This document shows, piece after piece, positions 47,506 to 56,679 of a stretch of DNA of 64,000 nt (its first letter is position 1; every line of letters begins with the position of its first letter). Source of the DNA: an uncultured Clostridia bacterium (lineage in GTDB: Bacteria; Bacillota; Clostridia; TANB77; CAG-508); assembly GCA_947306755.1 (NCBI GenBank), contig CAMZHI010000003.1, forward strand, positions 6,489 to 70,488. Direction: 5' to 3'. Made by a program: the position numbers and the translations under genes. Under the pieces are notes generated by a model. That model did no database searches, was not told the origin of the DNA, and saw only the letters and a list, made by a program, of their open reading frames with translations.

Positions 47506-47575
47506 ATGCACATTTCAGCACAAATCAGCACAAATTTGCACAAAATTACACAAATCAGCAAATTTCAGCATTTTT
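47506..47575. repeat. Seven ~10-bp iteron-like repeats (CAGCACAAAT variants)
   Basis: TGCACATTT CAGCACAAAT CAGCACAAATT TGCACAAAAT TACACAAAT CAGCAAATTT CAGCATTTTT. A single related copy, AATCAGCACAAA, sits at 46583-46594. Confidence 0.7.
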
Positions 47576-47706
47576 AATGTTTTTTTGTTATATGCTTTGT
47601 ATAATGTAACTAGCTAATTACTAATTGTTATTTTAATTGTCTATTTAAGAATTAAAAACCATACAAATGAAAAAAATATTTATTTTTGAGTTGTAGGGGG
47701 TATTTT

Positions 47707-48693
47707 ATGATTTCAAATATTGAAATGTTTTTTGATTTTAAAAATTCTAAAGAATACATTTCTAGCTATTCATTAGAAAAAGTTGACGATAATAAAATAA
47801 GAATAAAAACAACTTATCCAAAGAAACAAGAATTAGGAAACTTTTTACTAGATTTTATGAACACAGAGTTTAATGACCATATAGATTTTACTATTTTTGT
47901 TAAAGATTATCTATTTATTCATTTATTAAGCTTATATGATAATACTATTGTAGGTGATATGAATAATTATTCTGTTGTATTAAATAGAGAATATTTACAA
48001 GACTTTATTGACTGGATATATGATGAATTATCATTAGATTTTTCAATGCTTAAAATTAGATTAGAACAAGTTTTTACAAATAGCTATTATAAGAACATCT
48101 TAAATATTACTGATATTTTAGATAAGGATTATGATATTATAGAAGACCTTGCTGAAAAAGAACATAATTACTCTGCTATAAACACTATATTAGAAGAAAA
48201 TCCTACATTATTTATAAATTATAATTTAAACACATTTTTTATGAACAATATACCTGAAAACCTATCAGCAAATTACACATTTTCTTCGGATTCTGTTGAA
48301 AACTTTTTATACTGTATTGTAAAAGAATTAATAAGTAATATTAAGAATATAAAATTTGAATGTTGTAAAAATTGTAACTATTGGTTTATACACACTAAAA
48401 ACAAAGAACAGCAATATTGTGATGACCTATATACTGATACTAAAACTTGTTTTGAAATTGCAAAAGAAGAACGTGATAGAAAAAATGAAAAAGATGATAT
48501 TTTTTTGCAAAAATGCAGAAAAAGATATAAAAATTTGCACAAACAAATCTCAATAGGTGCTTCTGAAAAAGTAGAAAATCGTTTTAGAATTTTTAAAGAA
48601 GAATATCCTGTTTATCAGAAAAGATATAAAGAAGGATTAATAACAGGTGAAGAATTGATGGATTGGCTTGAATTCATGAGATCAAAAAAATAA
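47707..48693 (+). CDS. Hypothetical mobile-element protein with a C-terminal Cys cluster
   Basis: ORF 47686..48693 with start at ATG (MISNIEMFFDF) after GGGGG. Contains CCKNCNYWF...YCDD...CFE. Confidence 0.5.
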   Translation: MISNIEMFFDFKNSKEYISSYSLEKVDDNKIRIKTTYPKKQELGNFLLDFMNTEFNDHIDFTIFVKDYLFIHLLSLYDNTIVGDMNNYSVVLNREYLQDFIDWIYDELSLDFSMLKIRLEQVFTNSYYKNILNITDILDKDYDIIEDLAEKEHNYSAINTILEENPTLFINYNLNTFFMNNIPENLSANYTFSSDSVENFLYCIVKELISNIKNIKFECCKNCNYWFIHTKNKEQQYCDDLYTDTKTCFEIAKEERDRKNEKDDIFLQKCRKRYKNLHKQISIGASEKVENRFRIFKEEYPVYQKRYKEGLITGEELMDWLEFMRSKK

Positions 48694-48710
48694 AACTAAA
48701 TATTTTAGTT

Positions 48711-49745
48711 TTATTTTTTTTCAAATACTTTATTATCTCCTAAATATGTAGTAGCATTGGTTTTCAGCATTATTATTTTATTTTCAAGTAAATCTAAAAA
48801 ATTAAGATTTTCATATACAACATTTCTTAATTCTTCATAGTTAATTGCTACAATTATGGTACCGTTCATTAAATAATTTGCATTTGCTACTTTCAATGCT
48901 GGTTTGGTTGGATCTTTTATTGCAACTATAATACCACTCTTTGATTTAAATATATTCAAAATCCCTTGTATTTTGTGATAATATGTATTTCCTGGACTTG
49001 ATTTTTCATTTTTGCATTCTACAATAATTAGACTTCCTAATTCATTTAAAAAATATGGTATTCCAATTCTCAATTTATTTTTAACTAAACAATCAATTTC
49101 ATTTGTTTCTGTCCTGACATTAGCAGATTCAAAAACTTTAACTATTCTTAAAACATATTCTGTAAAATCTCTTAATTGATTTCCCAAAGCCGTAGTATTA
49201 TTTTCTTTTTGTCCTATTTTTTCAAATAATTTTATCATGTCATTTTTTTGTTCTTCTGTAGGTCTATAAAAAATGTCATTTGGGTTTAAAATCTTATCCT
49301 CAAAAAATCCTCTTAAAGAATCTGTATCAGTATAACTCAAATTTTTTTTTATATTATTTGAATCAATTATATCTGATTCAATTTTCTTTTTTTTATATAA
49401 TATTTGAATATCCTCATCTGTTATTTCCAAATTCTCAAATTCACAAGCATCACAATTATTAATATCATTAATCTCATTGTACAAATCTTCTATTGAAACA
49501 ATTTTTATAACATGATTACATTCTGGACATTTTATAGCATATCTACGCTCTAAAATATCTAAACTAACAGAATCTTCTAAAATAGATTTTGCCATACTAA
49601 ATTCAATGTCCAATTCATTAGTTGCTTTTGCTATTGAAATCCTGTCACTTATCCTCGATGGAATGTTATATAACCATGAATCATATTTTTCAATTATTTT
49701 TTTGTCATATTTTTTTTCAAGAGTTAATAATGTTTGATAATACAT
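48711..49745 (-). CDS. Zinc-ribbon protein with C-terminal PD-(D/E)xK (Mrr-like) nuclease domain
   Basis: CPECNHVI...CDACEFENL ribbon. NEIDCLVKN...LIIVECKNEK fits a D...E-x-K core, followed by GIIVAIK...ANANY as in Mrr-type catalytic domains. Confidence 0.55.
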   Translation of the reverse strand: MYYQTLLTLEKKYDKKIIEKYDSWLYNIPSRISDRISIAKATNELDIEFSMAKSILEDSVSLDILERRYAIKCPECNHVIKIVSIEDLYNEINDINNCDACEFENLEITDEDIQILYKKKKIESDIIDSNNIKKNLSYTDTDSLRGFFEDKILNPNDIFYRPTEEQKNDMIKLFEKIGQKENNTTALGNQLRDFTEYVLRIVKVFESANVRTETNEIDCLVKNKLRIGIPYFLNELGSLIIVECKNEKSSPGNTYYHKIQGILNIFKSKSGIIVAIKDPTKPALKVANANYLMNGTIIVAINYEELRNVVYENLNFLDLLENKIIMLKTNATTYLGDNKVFEKK

Positions 49746-50880
49746 TATTTATATCCTCCTCTATTACATAAGCTTCAAACCTTACGCAACAAAATTTTCT
49801 TTTTACCGAAATTTTAGCTCTAAAAGTATTTGAATTAAAATGTCCCTTTTGCTTTCTAGCATAAACTAAAAATATTCCATCACACGTTCCTTCATATTTT
49901 ATTGATTTTTTGTTGTCAAAAAACTTTTCTTTACATTGTAAAGGTTCATGTGATGTAGTTGTTTCTTCTACCTTAGTCATTTCACTATCTGTAGCAATTA
50001 ATTTATATGGATACGCTTCTCTGTCATTCATAAAAATATCTTTATTTTTAATATTTATTGAAATATATTTTTCAATAAATATTTTCATATCTTCTTTTGC
50101 TTTCTCAAAATTTATAGGATTATTAATTTCTAACATATCTAAAGTAGTATTTATAAAAGAGTCTATATATTCATCCATTTCAACAATTTTATTTTCAATT
50201 GATTCAGGCGTAAATGTATATTTTTCTAAAATATTATAAATTGACTTTTTTACGCTTTCAATATATTCTTCTTTATCTATTTTTTTTGCATTAAGATTCT
50301 TTTCAACATATTCAACAGCTTCTATTATAAGATTATCTGTTGAAGTATTATATCCTATTTCATCTATGTTTTCCGAACTTACTGTATGAATATTAGTTTT
50401 GGATTTTGCCCTACCAAAAATTAATTTTTTATTTAAATCAATATCTACAAATATAGGATAAATTATTCTGCTTTTTACATCTTTTTTTTCTTCGATCAAA
50501 AAAATAGTAAAAACAAATTCAATTTTATTATTAATAATATTCATACTTTGTAAATTAAGTCCATTTCCTTTTGTAATATTAGAATATAATTTTCTATTTC
50601 TACATTCTTTAAATGTTTGCTGAAGTGTATCATAGTTAGGTTTTGTTGTAAATTCAATCTTCCTAAACAAAATATTTTTCATTCCTTGTTTTAAAACTAC
50701 CTCTAACCAATCTTCAACCTTTGATTTATTTTCATTATTTTCTTGTGCAAATTCATTTATTGCTTTTAACAAATCCATTCTCATACATTGACTTTTTATT
50801 TTGTTATTAGTACAAAATTCTATTAAAACAGGATTAGTAATATAATTTTCCGTTTCATTAGCCCAACAATCTGGTATCAT
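49717..50880 (-). CDS. Hypothetical 387-aa protein, translationally coupled to the nuclease gene
   Basis: No recognisable motif. Its 3' end overlaps the start of 48711..49745 by 29 nt. Confidence 0.5.
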   Translation of the reverse strand: MIPDCWANETENYITNPVLIEFCTNNKIKSQCMRMDLLKAINEFAQENNENKSKVEDWLEVVLKQGMKNILFRKIEFTTKPNYDTLQQTFKECRNRKLYSNITKGNGLNLQSMNIINNKIEFVFTIFLIEEKKDVKSRIIYPIFVDIDLNKKLIFGRAKSKTNIHTVSSENIDEIGYNTSTDNLIIEAVEYVEKNLNAKKIDKEEYIESVKKSIYNILEKYTFTPESIENKIVEMDEYIDSFINTTLDMLEINNPINFEKAKEDMKIFIEKYISINIKNKDIFMNDREAYPYKLIATDSEMTKVEETTTSHEPLQCKEKFFDNKKSIKYEGTCDGIFLVYARKQKGHFNSNTFRAKISVKRKFCCVRFEAYVIEEDINNVLSNIINS

Positions 50881-50946
50881 TATTATTCCCCCTCATTTTA
50901 CATTTTATTATAATATTTTTTTGTTTTTTTTTCAATATAGTATTCC

Positions 50947-50981
50947 ACAAATTACAAAATTTGTTAAATCTTGTAATTTGT
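50947..50981. promoter_or_regulatory. Perfect 11-bp inverted repeat ACAAATTACAA-N13-TTGTAATTTGT in a divergent promoter region
   Basis: Lies between the two-gene module (minus strand) and the integrase gene (plus strand). The right arm abuts a TATAAT. Confidence 0.45.
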
Positions 50982-51115
50982 TATAATTTTTCCCCCGAAT
51001 AAAACTAATTCTAATTATTATTAAATTGTCGGGTTTTGTTTTCTTTTTCCACCATGCTACAATAAAATCATAGTAATACACTCTATTACTAAATAAAACG
51101 AAAGGAGGCAAAAAG

Positions 51116-52312
51116 TTGACTGGTAGTATTGAAAAGCATGGAAAGAACAGTTACAGATTAGTAGTATTTAAAGGCTATGATTTAGATGGAAAATCTATAA
51201 AACATCAAAAAACAATACACTGTAAAAATAAATCAGAAGCAAGAACAGAACTTGCAAAATACATTGCACAAGTAGAAAATGGATTTGTAGTTGATGGAAC
51301 TGTCCCAACATTTAAAGAATTCGTTGAAATATGGAAAAGAGATTATGGACTAAAAGAACTTGCACCATCTACATATAGCAGATATAAAGGAATGTTAGAT
51401 TCTAGAATTCTTCCCTACTTCGGACATTTTAAGTTAAATAAAATAAGACCTATTGATATTATGCAGTTTTACAACTTGCTAGATGAAGACACACAAATAG
51501 TTAGAAAGAAAAACAACAATGGAAAGAAAACAAGAAAGCCATTATCAAAGAAAACAATTTTAGAACATCATAGACTTTTGCACGCAATGCTAACTAAAGC
51601 TGTTTATTGGCAAATGATTGTAAATAATCCTGCAGAACGAGTGCAACCACCTAAAGCACCTAAACCAAAAAGAGATTGCTATGATGAAGTACAGACTAGA
51701 ATTCTAATTGATAATTTAGAAAAACTAACAGGTAATGACATCAAATACAAAGTTGCAGTTTTACTAGACATATTCATAGGTGCAAGGCTCGGAGAACTAG
51801 CTGGACTTGAATGGTCTGACATAGATTTAAAAAACGGAATTATCAGCATAAACAAATCAAGTCAATATTTATCTGACAAAGGAATATTTACCAAAAGTCC
51901 TAAAACAGAAAGTTCAATTCGTGAAGTCGCTATCCCCGATTTTATCGTTTCTTTACTTGAGGAATATAAGTTATGGTATGAAGAACAAAAATCGATTGTA
52001 GGCGATTTCTGGCACGATTCTGATAGGTTGTTTGTACAAGTAGATGGCAAACCAATTACACCATCAACAATTAGTAAATGGTTTGAAAAATTTATTAAGC
52101 AAATTGGCTTACCTGTTATAACATTTCACGGCTTACGCCATACAAATGCAACATTGCTTATAGCTCAACAAGTAGATGTAGCAACTGTATCGGCAAGACT
52201 TGGTCATGCGCAAATTACTACAACCTATAATTTTTATGTACATCCTTTAAAATCACACGATAAACACGCAGGAAATGTACTAGAAAATTTATTAGTTACA
52301 AACGCACATTAA
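51116..52312 (+). CDS. Tyrosine site-specific integrase
   Basis: N-terminal SAM-like/AP2-like domain. Catalytic region GARLGE...HGLRHTNATLL...LGHAQITTTYNFYVH (R, HxxR, Y). TTG start after AAAGGAGG. Confidence 0.9.
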   Translation: MTGSIEKHGKNSYRLVVFKGYDLDGKSIKHQKTIHCKNKSEARTELAKYIAQVENGFVVDGTVPTFKEFVEIWKRDYGLKELAPSTYSRYKGMLDSRILPYFGHFKLNKIRPIDIMQFYNLLDEDTQIVRKKNNNGKKTRKPLSKKTILEHHRLLHAMLTKAVYWQMIVNNPAERVQPPKAPKPKRDCYDEVQTRILIDNLEKLTGNDIKYKVAVLLDIFIGARLGELAGLEWSDIDLKNGIISINKSSQYLSDKGIFTKSPKTESSIREVAIPDFIVSLLEEYKLWYEEQKSIVGDFWHDSDRLFVQVDGKPITPSTISKWFEKFIKQIGLPVITFHGLRHTNATLLIAQQVDVATVSARLGHAQITTTYNFYVHPLKSHDKHAGNVLENLLVTNAH

Positions 52313-52519
52313 CAATTCAATATTACTAAATCTTTTTTGTACCTCATAATTATCAGCACTGATTTTTATTGAAATTTATAGTATTACAAAGGTCAAGTTT
52401 GAGGAGTTCATCCCCAATTTCTCTCCAAATTGACATAAGAGGCCAATTTTTAGTGATTATAGCAACCTTTAAGCAAAATAAAAAAATCACTAAAACCGTT
52501 ATGGTTCTAGTGATTAAAC

Positions 52520-52533
52520 TTTGGTTGCGGGGG
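52520..52533. repeat. 14-bp direct repeat TTTGGTTGCGGGGG (3' end of tRNA-Met incl. CCA), candidate attL of the inner element
   Basis: Identical to 62629-62642. Sequence to its right is unrelated to a tRNA. Confidence 0.7.
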
Positions 52534-52655
52534 ACAATTCTTTGTATTTCAAGTAGTTTTGAGTGATTTTATAGATATTTTATTTCAATGATTTTTAATC
52601 TATTTTAAGAATCCTATGAATTAAAAATTTATACGAGGTATTTTAAAATATTCTT

Positions 52656-52678
52656 ACACTGCATTAATTACTGCATTA
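52656..52678. promoter_or_regulatory. Two direct copies of ACTGCATTA, candidate arm-type integrase sites (left end)
   Basis: ACACTGCATTAATTACTGCATTA. The same motif pair is in the same orientation at 62548-62569, next to the second integrase. Confidence 0.5.
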
Positions 52679-52777
52679 CTTCTTTAAGAAGCGGCTATTA
52701 TTTTAAGTACAACTTGCCTAGTACCTCAAAATATGGTATTTATTAAATATCAAAGGTCGCAGTAGGAGGTGTAGAAA

Positions 52778-53032
52778 ATGGATCAAGCTTTAAATGATTT
52801 TATAAACAAAAGGATAGACAGCAATTATGACAGGTTACGACAGGATAAAGAATGGAGTACAACTAATGAAGAATATAAGAAATTCTATAATGAACTGTAT
52901 CACAAATTACCAGTTGAACAGAAGGAGCAATTAGATAACATTATCGACTTGAAGAATAACCTAATAGATTATGAAAGCGTCTTTGCATATAGAATTGGTA
53001 TAAATGATATGTTAAAGTTATTTAAGTTATAA
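52778..53032 (+). CDS. Small mobile-element protein (family of 34701..34991)
   Basis: 84 aa with an AGGAGG RBS, followed by the hairpin AGAGTGT...ACACTCT. Confidence 0.45.
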   Translation: MDQALNDFINKRIDSNYDRLRQDKEWSTTNEEYKKFYNELYHKLPVEQKEQLDNIIDLKNNLIDYESVFAYRIGINDMLKLFKL

Positions 53033-53211
53033 TTTTATTTTTGTCTGCTATTATAATAAACCCTAATGAGAGTGTATCCCTTAACACTCTTATTTTTTAT
53101 GTGCAATTACAATTATAAGCACACTTTGAAAACTGCGTAAAATAATGGTATTTATTATGTTAGATAGTTATATTTTATGAACTAATCAATATGAATAAGG
53201 AAGGTGTTAAG

Positions 53212-53613
53212 ATGTCAGTTATTACAAAGCAAGAGATTAATACCATTAATGGTAAATGTAACAACGGTTGGTACTTGGATGTACAATATTATATGTTTCA
53301 TAATGAGAGGACCTTAATTAAGCAAATACCTATTGATGATGAATATTATCTTGAATTTAGGTTGTGTTACAGCAATAGAAAGCAAATAATAGTCCATATA
53401 AGCAAGTTTCGTAAAGAACCTAACAAGAATTATGCTGTAACTACTGGAATGGGTAAAACGGCAATTATAGATGAAACAGAGTACAAGAGAAAGAACATCA
53501 ATAATCTGTTTACATTTACAAACAGACTAACTAATCTCAAGTTAATGGATTTAAACAACAAGACAAAGGTTAATAGTGGCTATGGGTTAATTATGCCTAG
53601 TGAAGAATTTTAA
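53212..53613 (+). CDS. Hypothetical protein
   Basis: ORF 53191..53613 with start at ATG (MSVITKQ) after AAGGAAGG. Confidence 0.4.
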   Translation: MSVITKQEINTINGKCNNGWYLDVQYYMFHNERTLIKQIPIDDEYYLEFRLCYSNRKQIIVHISKFRKEPNKNYAVTTGMGKTAIIDETEYKRKNINNLFTFTNRLTNLKLMDLNNKTKVNSGYGLIMPSEEF

Positions 53614-53635
53614 TGTATGAAAGGAGATTAGAATA

Positions 53636-53905
53636 TTGTCAGCAGAGATTATAAAGGATATAAATACAAATTATGTTGATGGGCCTAGTACAATGCCAAG
53701 GAAATATTTTTTGTTGAATGATAGGATAGAAGTATTACATACTCAATTAAGACAGAGATTAAAGAGTAAGAAGGATAAGAAGAAACTGGACAAGTTAGTA
53801 GATATAATTTCACAAACAAATTCTATGGAATGTGATGAACAATTTGTATCTGGATTTGTGTTAGCAACTCGCATTATGTCAGAAGTATTAAATTATAAAA
53901 TATAA
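53636..53905 (+). CDS. Small mobile-element protein (family of 34701..34991)
   Basis: 89 aa, TTG start after AAAGGAG. Central LRQRLKSKKDKKKLDKLVD and C-terminal FVSGFVLATRIM. Confidence 0.4.
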   Translation: MSAEIIKDINTNYVDGPSTMPRKYFLLNDRIEVLHTQLRQRLKSKKDKKKLDKLVDIISQTNSMECDEQFVSGFVLATRIMSEVLNYKI

Positions 53906-54127
53906 TCAAATAAGAATATAGCAGATGGATCAAGTCTATCTGCTATGATAATATTATGCTATATTGCTTGTAGGACTTTACTGTTGCCACTGTGAAGCAT
54001 TATAATATAATAGGTTGAAAATTTTTCGCCATATAGTACATATATCTTAAAATCAAAGTTCGTTACTTTACTCATATTTAATAATAATTACTTGTAGATA
54101 GCAATGACTAATATTTACTATAAGAAT

Positions 54128-54355
54128 TTACTCTCTTGTTAGCAAGTCAGATATATCACATTCTAGTGCTTCGCATAACTCATCTAAATCTTGATATAAA
54201 ACAGACTTATTAACTTGATTTATCATATTCTGAAAATTAGTATAGTTCATTAGCTTTTCGCCCTTAATAGCACGAATATTATTTAATTTATTGAATAAAG
54301 CATATCTTGTATAACCTCTGCTCTCTAATAATGAAATAACATTTAATTTCAACAT
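54128..54355 (-). CDS. Small Cro/CI-type HTH transcriptional regulator
   Basis: 75 aa. The LLESRGYTRYALFNKL...ELCEALECDISDLL pattern is that of short XRE-like regulators. Confidence 0.55.
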   Translation of the reverse strand: MLKLNVISLLESRGYTRYALFNKLNNIRAIKGEKLMNYTNFQNMINQVNKSVLYQDLDELCEALECDISDLLTRE

Positions 54356-54561
54356 AGTTGTAACCCCTTTGTATTAATATTTGAATACAGTCTATAAAAT
54401 ATTCACAAAAAAGATAACTCTTTTAAGAATGCTCACTTAACTATTTACTTTTTGAATATTTTATGGTATATTGTATTTAATAATTTCAAAAAATGTTGTA
54501 TAATGTCATTAGAGATAAAAACATTAAAATTAATAAAAAATTACAAAGGAGGAAATGTATT

Positions 54562-55989
54562 ATGTTTTGTTCGAATTGTGGTAAAGAAGTTTCAAATAGT
54601 CAAAATTATTGTGAATATTGCGGAACTAAAGTAATGAAAAATAATATCAATAAAGATACCAGTATAAAGTTAGATGAATTAGAAATAAATAATGTAATTA
54701 AAACAAAGGCTAAAAACAATACATCATCAAAAGAAATTCAGAAAAATGTAATAAGAATTTCTTTTACCAAGTTTATACTACTAGTAGTGTTATTTGTGTT
54801 GTTTTTTATAATACTAATATCAATTTCAACTTTAAGTAGAAATAGTAAGACGGTAAGTCAAAATAATTCAATAAATATAGAAATCCCAAGTTTTAATAAC
54901 AATATTAATATTTCTGGAATAACACAAGAAGAACGACAAGAATTAACATCAATATTAAAGAATTTTAATTCCTCAAGATATAATTGTAAATTGACAGATA
55001 AAATTGGAAAATACTATCAAGATTTCGGGATGTTTTACACTATATCAGAGTCGAGAACCAATATAAACGAAAAGGGTTATATCGATGAATTATACTATAG
55101 TCTTATTGATAAAAAAAACAATGAAAATAAAAGTATAGAAGTAAATTTAACTTATACTTTTGACAATAAAGGTAGACCTATTAAAATCCGATTTGATGAT
55201 ACTAAATCTACTGTTATTGAATATAACGCTTTTTCAAAAAATGCTTTATACGAAATATCTTACTTAGATAACGGAATGATAGAAACTATAAATTGTACTC
55301 TATATAAGGATAATACAAGAGTAGAGTATCATTTTTCTTATAAGGAAAATAATGACTATGACAAGATTAAAGTATTATTTTATGGTAAGGATTATGTTAA
55401 AGATGCTAATCATCTAATATCATTTGACTATTTAGATAACAAAATTTTGATGTCCAAAGGCGAAGGTATAAAATTTTATTTTCAAAAAGATGATATGATA
55501 AGTCAAAATAGTCTATCAGAATACTTTAATACACTGTTATTTCAATCGTTTATAGAAATAGATGAAACAACAATAATTAACCAGAATCGAATTCCATTAT
55601 TGGAAATATTCTTTCCATTTACAATAAAGAAATCACTTTACTGTAAATACATAAGTGAATTTTATTATTCATATAATGAAGATGGACTTGAAGATATGTC
55701 ATATAATAGCGACTATACAATAAAATCAAAATATGATTATATAAAAGCTGATAACAAGCTAATGAAGATTGAAACTAATTATAAAGATAATAATGTCACA
55801 AAATCATATACCATTTTTACTTATAATGAACATAATCAAATAGAAAGTATTTATGAAGTAAATAATATTGAAGATTTTAAGAAAAGTGCCAACACTAAAA
55901 AGTATCTTATGCAGATTTGGGGTAAAGATAGTAAGTTCTTAAGTAGAGAGTTTTATACATTTTGCAGTAATTATCGGAGAAGTTATTGA
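54562..55989 (+). CDS. Zinc-ribbon, single-pass membrane protein with large extracytoplasmic domain
   Basis: ORF 54493..55989 with start at ATG (MFCSNCGKEVSNSQNYCEYCG) after AAGGAGG. TM is FILLVVLFVLFFIILISI. Confidence 0.55.
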   Translation: MFCSNCGKEVSNSQNYCEYCGTKVMKNNINKDTSIKLDELEINNVIKTKAKNNTSSKEIQKNVIRISFTKFILLVVLFVLFFIILISISTLSRNSKTVSQNNSINIEIPSFNNNINISGITQEERQELTSILKNFNSSRYNCKLTDKIGKYYQDFGMFYTISESRTNINEKGYIDELYYSLIDKKNNENKSIEVNLTYTFDNKGRPIKIRFDDTKSTVIEYNAFSKNALYEISYLDNGMIETINCTLYKDNTRVEYHFSYKENNDYDKIKVLFYGKDYVKDANHLISFDYLDNKILMSKGEGIKFYFQKDDMISQNSLSEYFNTLLFQSFIEIDETTIINQNRIPLLEIFFPFTIKKSLYCKYISEFYYSYNEDGLEDMSYNSDYTIKSKYDYIKADNKLMKIETNYKDNNVTKSYTIFTYNEHNQIESIYEVNNIEDFKKSANTKKYLMQIWGKDSKFLSREFYTFCSNYRRSY

Positions 55990-56391
55990 CTCATACACTA
56001 CTGAAGATTGCTATGCTAATATTGTTTTGATAGAAGATAGCAAATATGATAGCGTATACAAAGAACTATCAAAAGATGATAGAATTTCAAGAATAATAAA
56101 TGATAGACAAACATTAGAAGAATATCAAGAAGGTTTAAAAGAAGGGTTAGATTAGTCAAAGAATGATTAAAATATAAAAAAAAAACTATATCATTTATTG
56201 TTTAAATTGTGAAAAAATATCAGATATGATAGCATTTATAAAAATTGATCAAAAACGCTAAAATTTCAAATGTAATAACCAATAGACAAGCTTTAGAATA
56301 TTATCAAGAAGCGGTTAGTTTAAATTTTGATTAAAAATTGTAATTGAAACTTGTAAAGAGTTATCAAATAAAAATATTAGGAGGAATGAAA

Positions 56392-56610
56392 ATGAAAGAG
56401 AAGAAGAAAATACCTTTATGGGCTGATATTATAATTGCAGTGGTAATTGCTGGAATAGTAATTATAGTTTTATCTACAATTAATGATTATCAAAGAGAGA
56501 AAAAGAGAAAAATGTATTATGAACAATATACAAGTAATTCAAGCAACATTAATAATGTAAATTCTAATAAAACTAGAGTTTTGGATCCATCTACATATAC
56601 ACCAGAATAA
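56392..56610 (+). CDS. Small single-pass membrane protein
   Basis: ORF 56344..56610 with start at ATG (MKEKKKIPLWADIIIAVVIAGIVIIVL), 7 nt after AGGAGG. Confidence 0.45.
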   Translation: MKEKKKIPLWADIIIAVVIAGIVIIVLSTINDYQREKKRKMYYEQYTSNSSNINNVNSNKTRVLDPSTYTPE

Positions 56611-56679
56611 AAATCCTAAAATTGAGTACAAATGGCGATAGTTTTATATTTCTGATATTTAAATAATGGGTGAATCACA

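Noticed and set aside
47506-47575. A CRISPR array.
   Set aside because: The units are about 10 bp and contiguous, with no spacers, and there are no cas genes. They are interpreted as iteron-like repeats instead.
50947-50981. Linking the TTGTAATTT arms of this inverted repeat, and the half-site of the BceR-type box, to the 12-mer junction motif.
   Set aside because: The shared part is only 8-9 nt of AT-rich sequence. By my rough estimate several chance matches are expected in this window, so no connection is claimed.
52369-52566. 65-aa plus-strand ORF.
   Set aside because: It spans the integrase 3' flank and the 14-bp att-type repeat. There is no RBS and the composition is implausible.
55990-56330. 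Possible continuation of gene 54562..55989 in another frame (..EDCYANIVLIEDSKYDSVYKELSKDD.. and a related RQALEYYQEAV segment).
   Set aside because: The open stretches are short, have no start or RBS, and match no recognisable family. They may be decayed sequence, but the evidence is too thin to annotate.
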